From positions 13,330,001-13,394,000 of the forward strand of contig NC_047071.1 of assembly GCF_902459465.1 (NCBI RefSeq): 64,000 bases of DNA, read 5' to 3'. The position numbers and the translations under genes were made by a program. The first letter of the stretch is position 1. Every line of letters begins with the position of its first letter. The notes below the pieces were generated by a model. The model did not search any database. It had not been told where the DNA came from and saw only the letters and a list, made by a program, of their open reading frames with translations. Of this stretch, positions 63,092-64,000 are shown in pieces. Source of the stretch: Asterias rubens. Its lineage: Eukaryota.

Positions 63092-64000
63092 CTGTTGTAA
63101 CAAACAAGTGGATGAATCCTTATCAACAGACAGTCTAACATTGTTTAATTATGATAATAACTGATTGATGTTGATTATAACTAGAATTAGCCTCTTCGGT
63201 TATGGCCTCCTTGTCGTTCATATCTTGCTACAACATAACAACACAAACAACTAAAATCACCGTAAAGCTAATAAGTACATAACATTCTTATACATGTACA
63301 TTGTATGTGTATGACATCTGAGGCATTGGATGGTGAGGTATCAATGTATACATACATGCATGTAAGAACATGTGTATTTACTGGGTAGATTGTGTTCTTT
63401 GTCTTGCTATAGACAAACCCAGGCGCGCACCGGGCGCACAGGTGTTGAGCACCGCGCGCCATTTGCTGCGGTGTCTTCAGTGCAGAGTTTGTGCACAAAA
63501 AGACACCGCAATTTTATTTTGTTCAATAGAGGGCGCTACCAACTTTGTTTCGTTGAATTGGTCTATAGACCTTTATCGCGCTGTCACCATCTTGGTCATG
63601 TTCCCTGTATCCAATAACAGTAATGAATGCTAACATTCATTGCGCATGGCACCAGACTGTTATTCCATCCAGCCTCAGTTTGGTTACAATGAGTTGGAAT
63701 GGAGTAAAATTCAAGATGACCATACCGTGATAAAGGTCTATACTACCAGGGAGTAGATTTATCGGAATTCTGGAGACTTCTTGGTTTTAAAATAAAACTG
63801 GCCTGCTTATTAGCTACTACCTGGGTGGGCAAGTAGAACTTAACATTCTTCTTTGGAGCAAAGAAATGGCCCAACACCATAAGGCCGAAAAGAACATGAC
63901 ATTCTTAAACTGTAAATGGATTGTATCCAACATACTAGATTCAGGGGTGAGAGTCATTACTAACGAAAAATTCTGAAACTTGGATACAAATTCAAAGTTA

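Overview
AT-rich, repeat-rich metazoan genomic DNA with spliceosomal introns. It is probably an echinoderm (sea-star-like), which is an inference from gene structure and repeat style only. Six protein-coding loci were reconstructed by hand. (1) CCDC87-like, minus strand, 13 coding exons, continuing off the left edge. (2) POLR3C/RPC62, plus strand, 11 coding exons, head-to-head with CCDC87, with one U12-type intron. (3) Pygopus, minus strand, 3 coding exons. (4,5) Two tandem paralogous type-I Ig-superfamily receptors with intronless CDS: V + C2 + Ig ectodomain, uncharged TM, and a paired ITIM + ITSM tail. (6) The 3' two-thirds of peroxisomal HSD17B4, minus strand, 14 exons, ending in the PTS1 AKL. 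Introns and intergenic DNA carry TTAA-flanked (Kolobok-like) MITEs, Harbinger-like MITEs with 3-bp TSDs, a 4.4-kb non-autonomous Harbinger-like element, a foldback element with a 9-bp TSD, tRNA-derived SINEs and a LINE 3' remnant. The best candidate for an undescribed system is the ITIM/ITSM receptor pair, whose layout resembles SIRP-alpha/PD-1. Four genes also show local duplications that copy a functional boundary (splice acceptor, start or stop codon).
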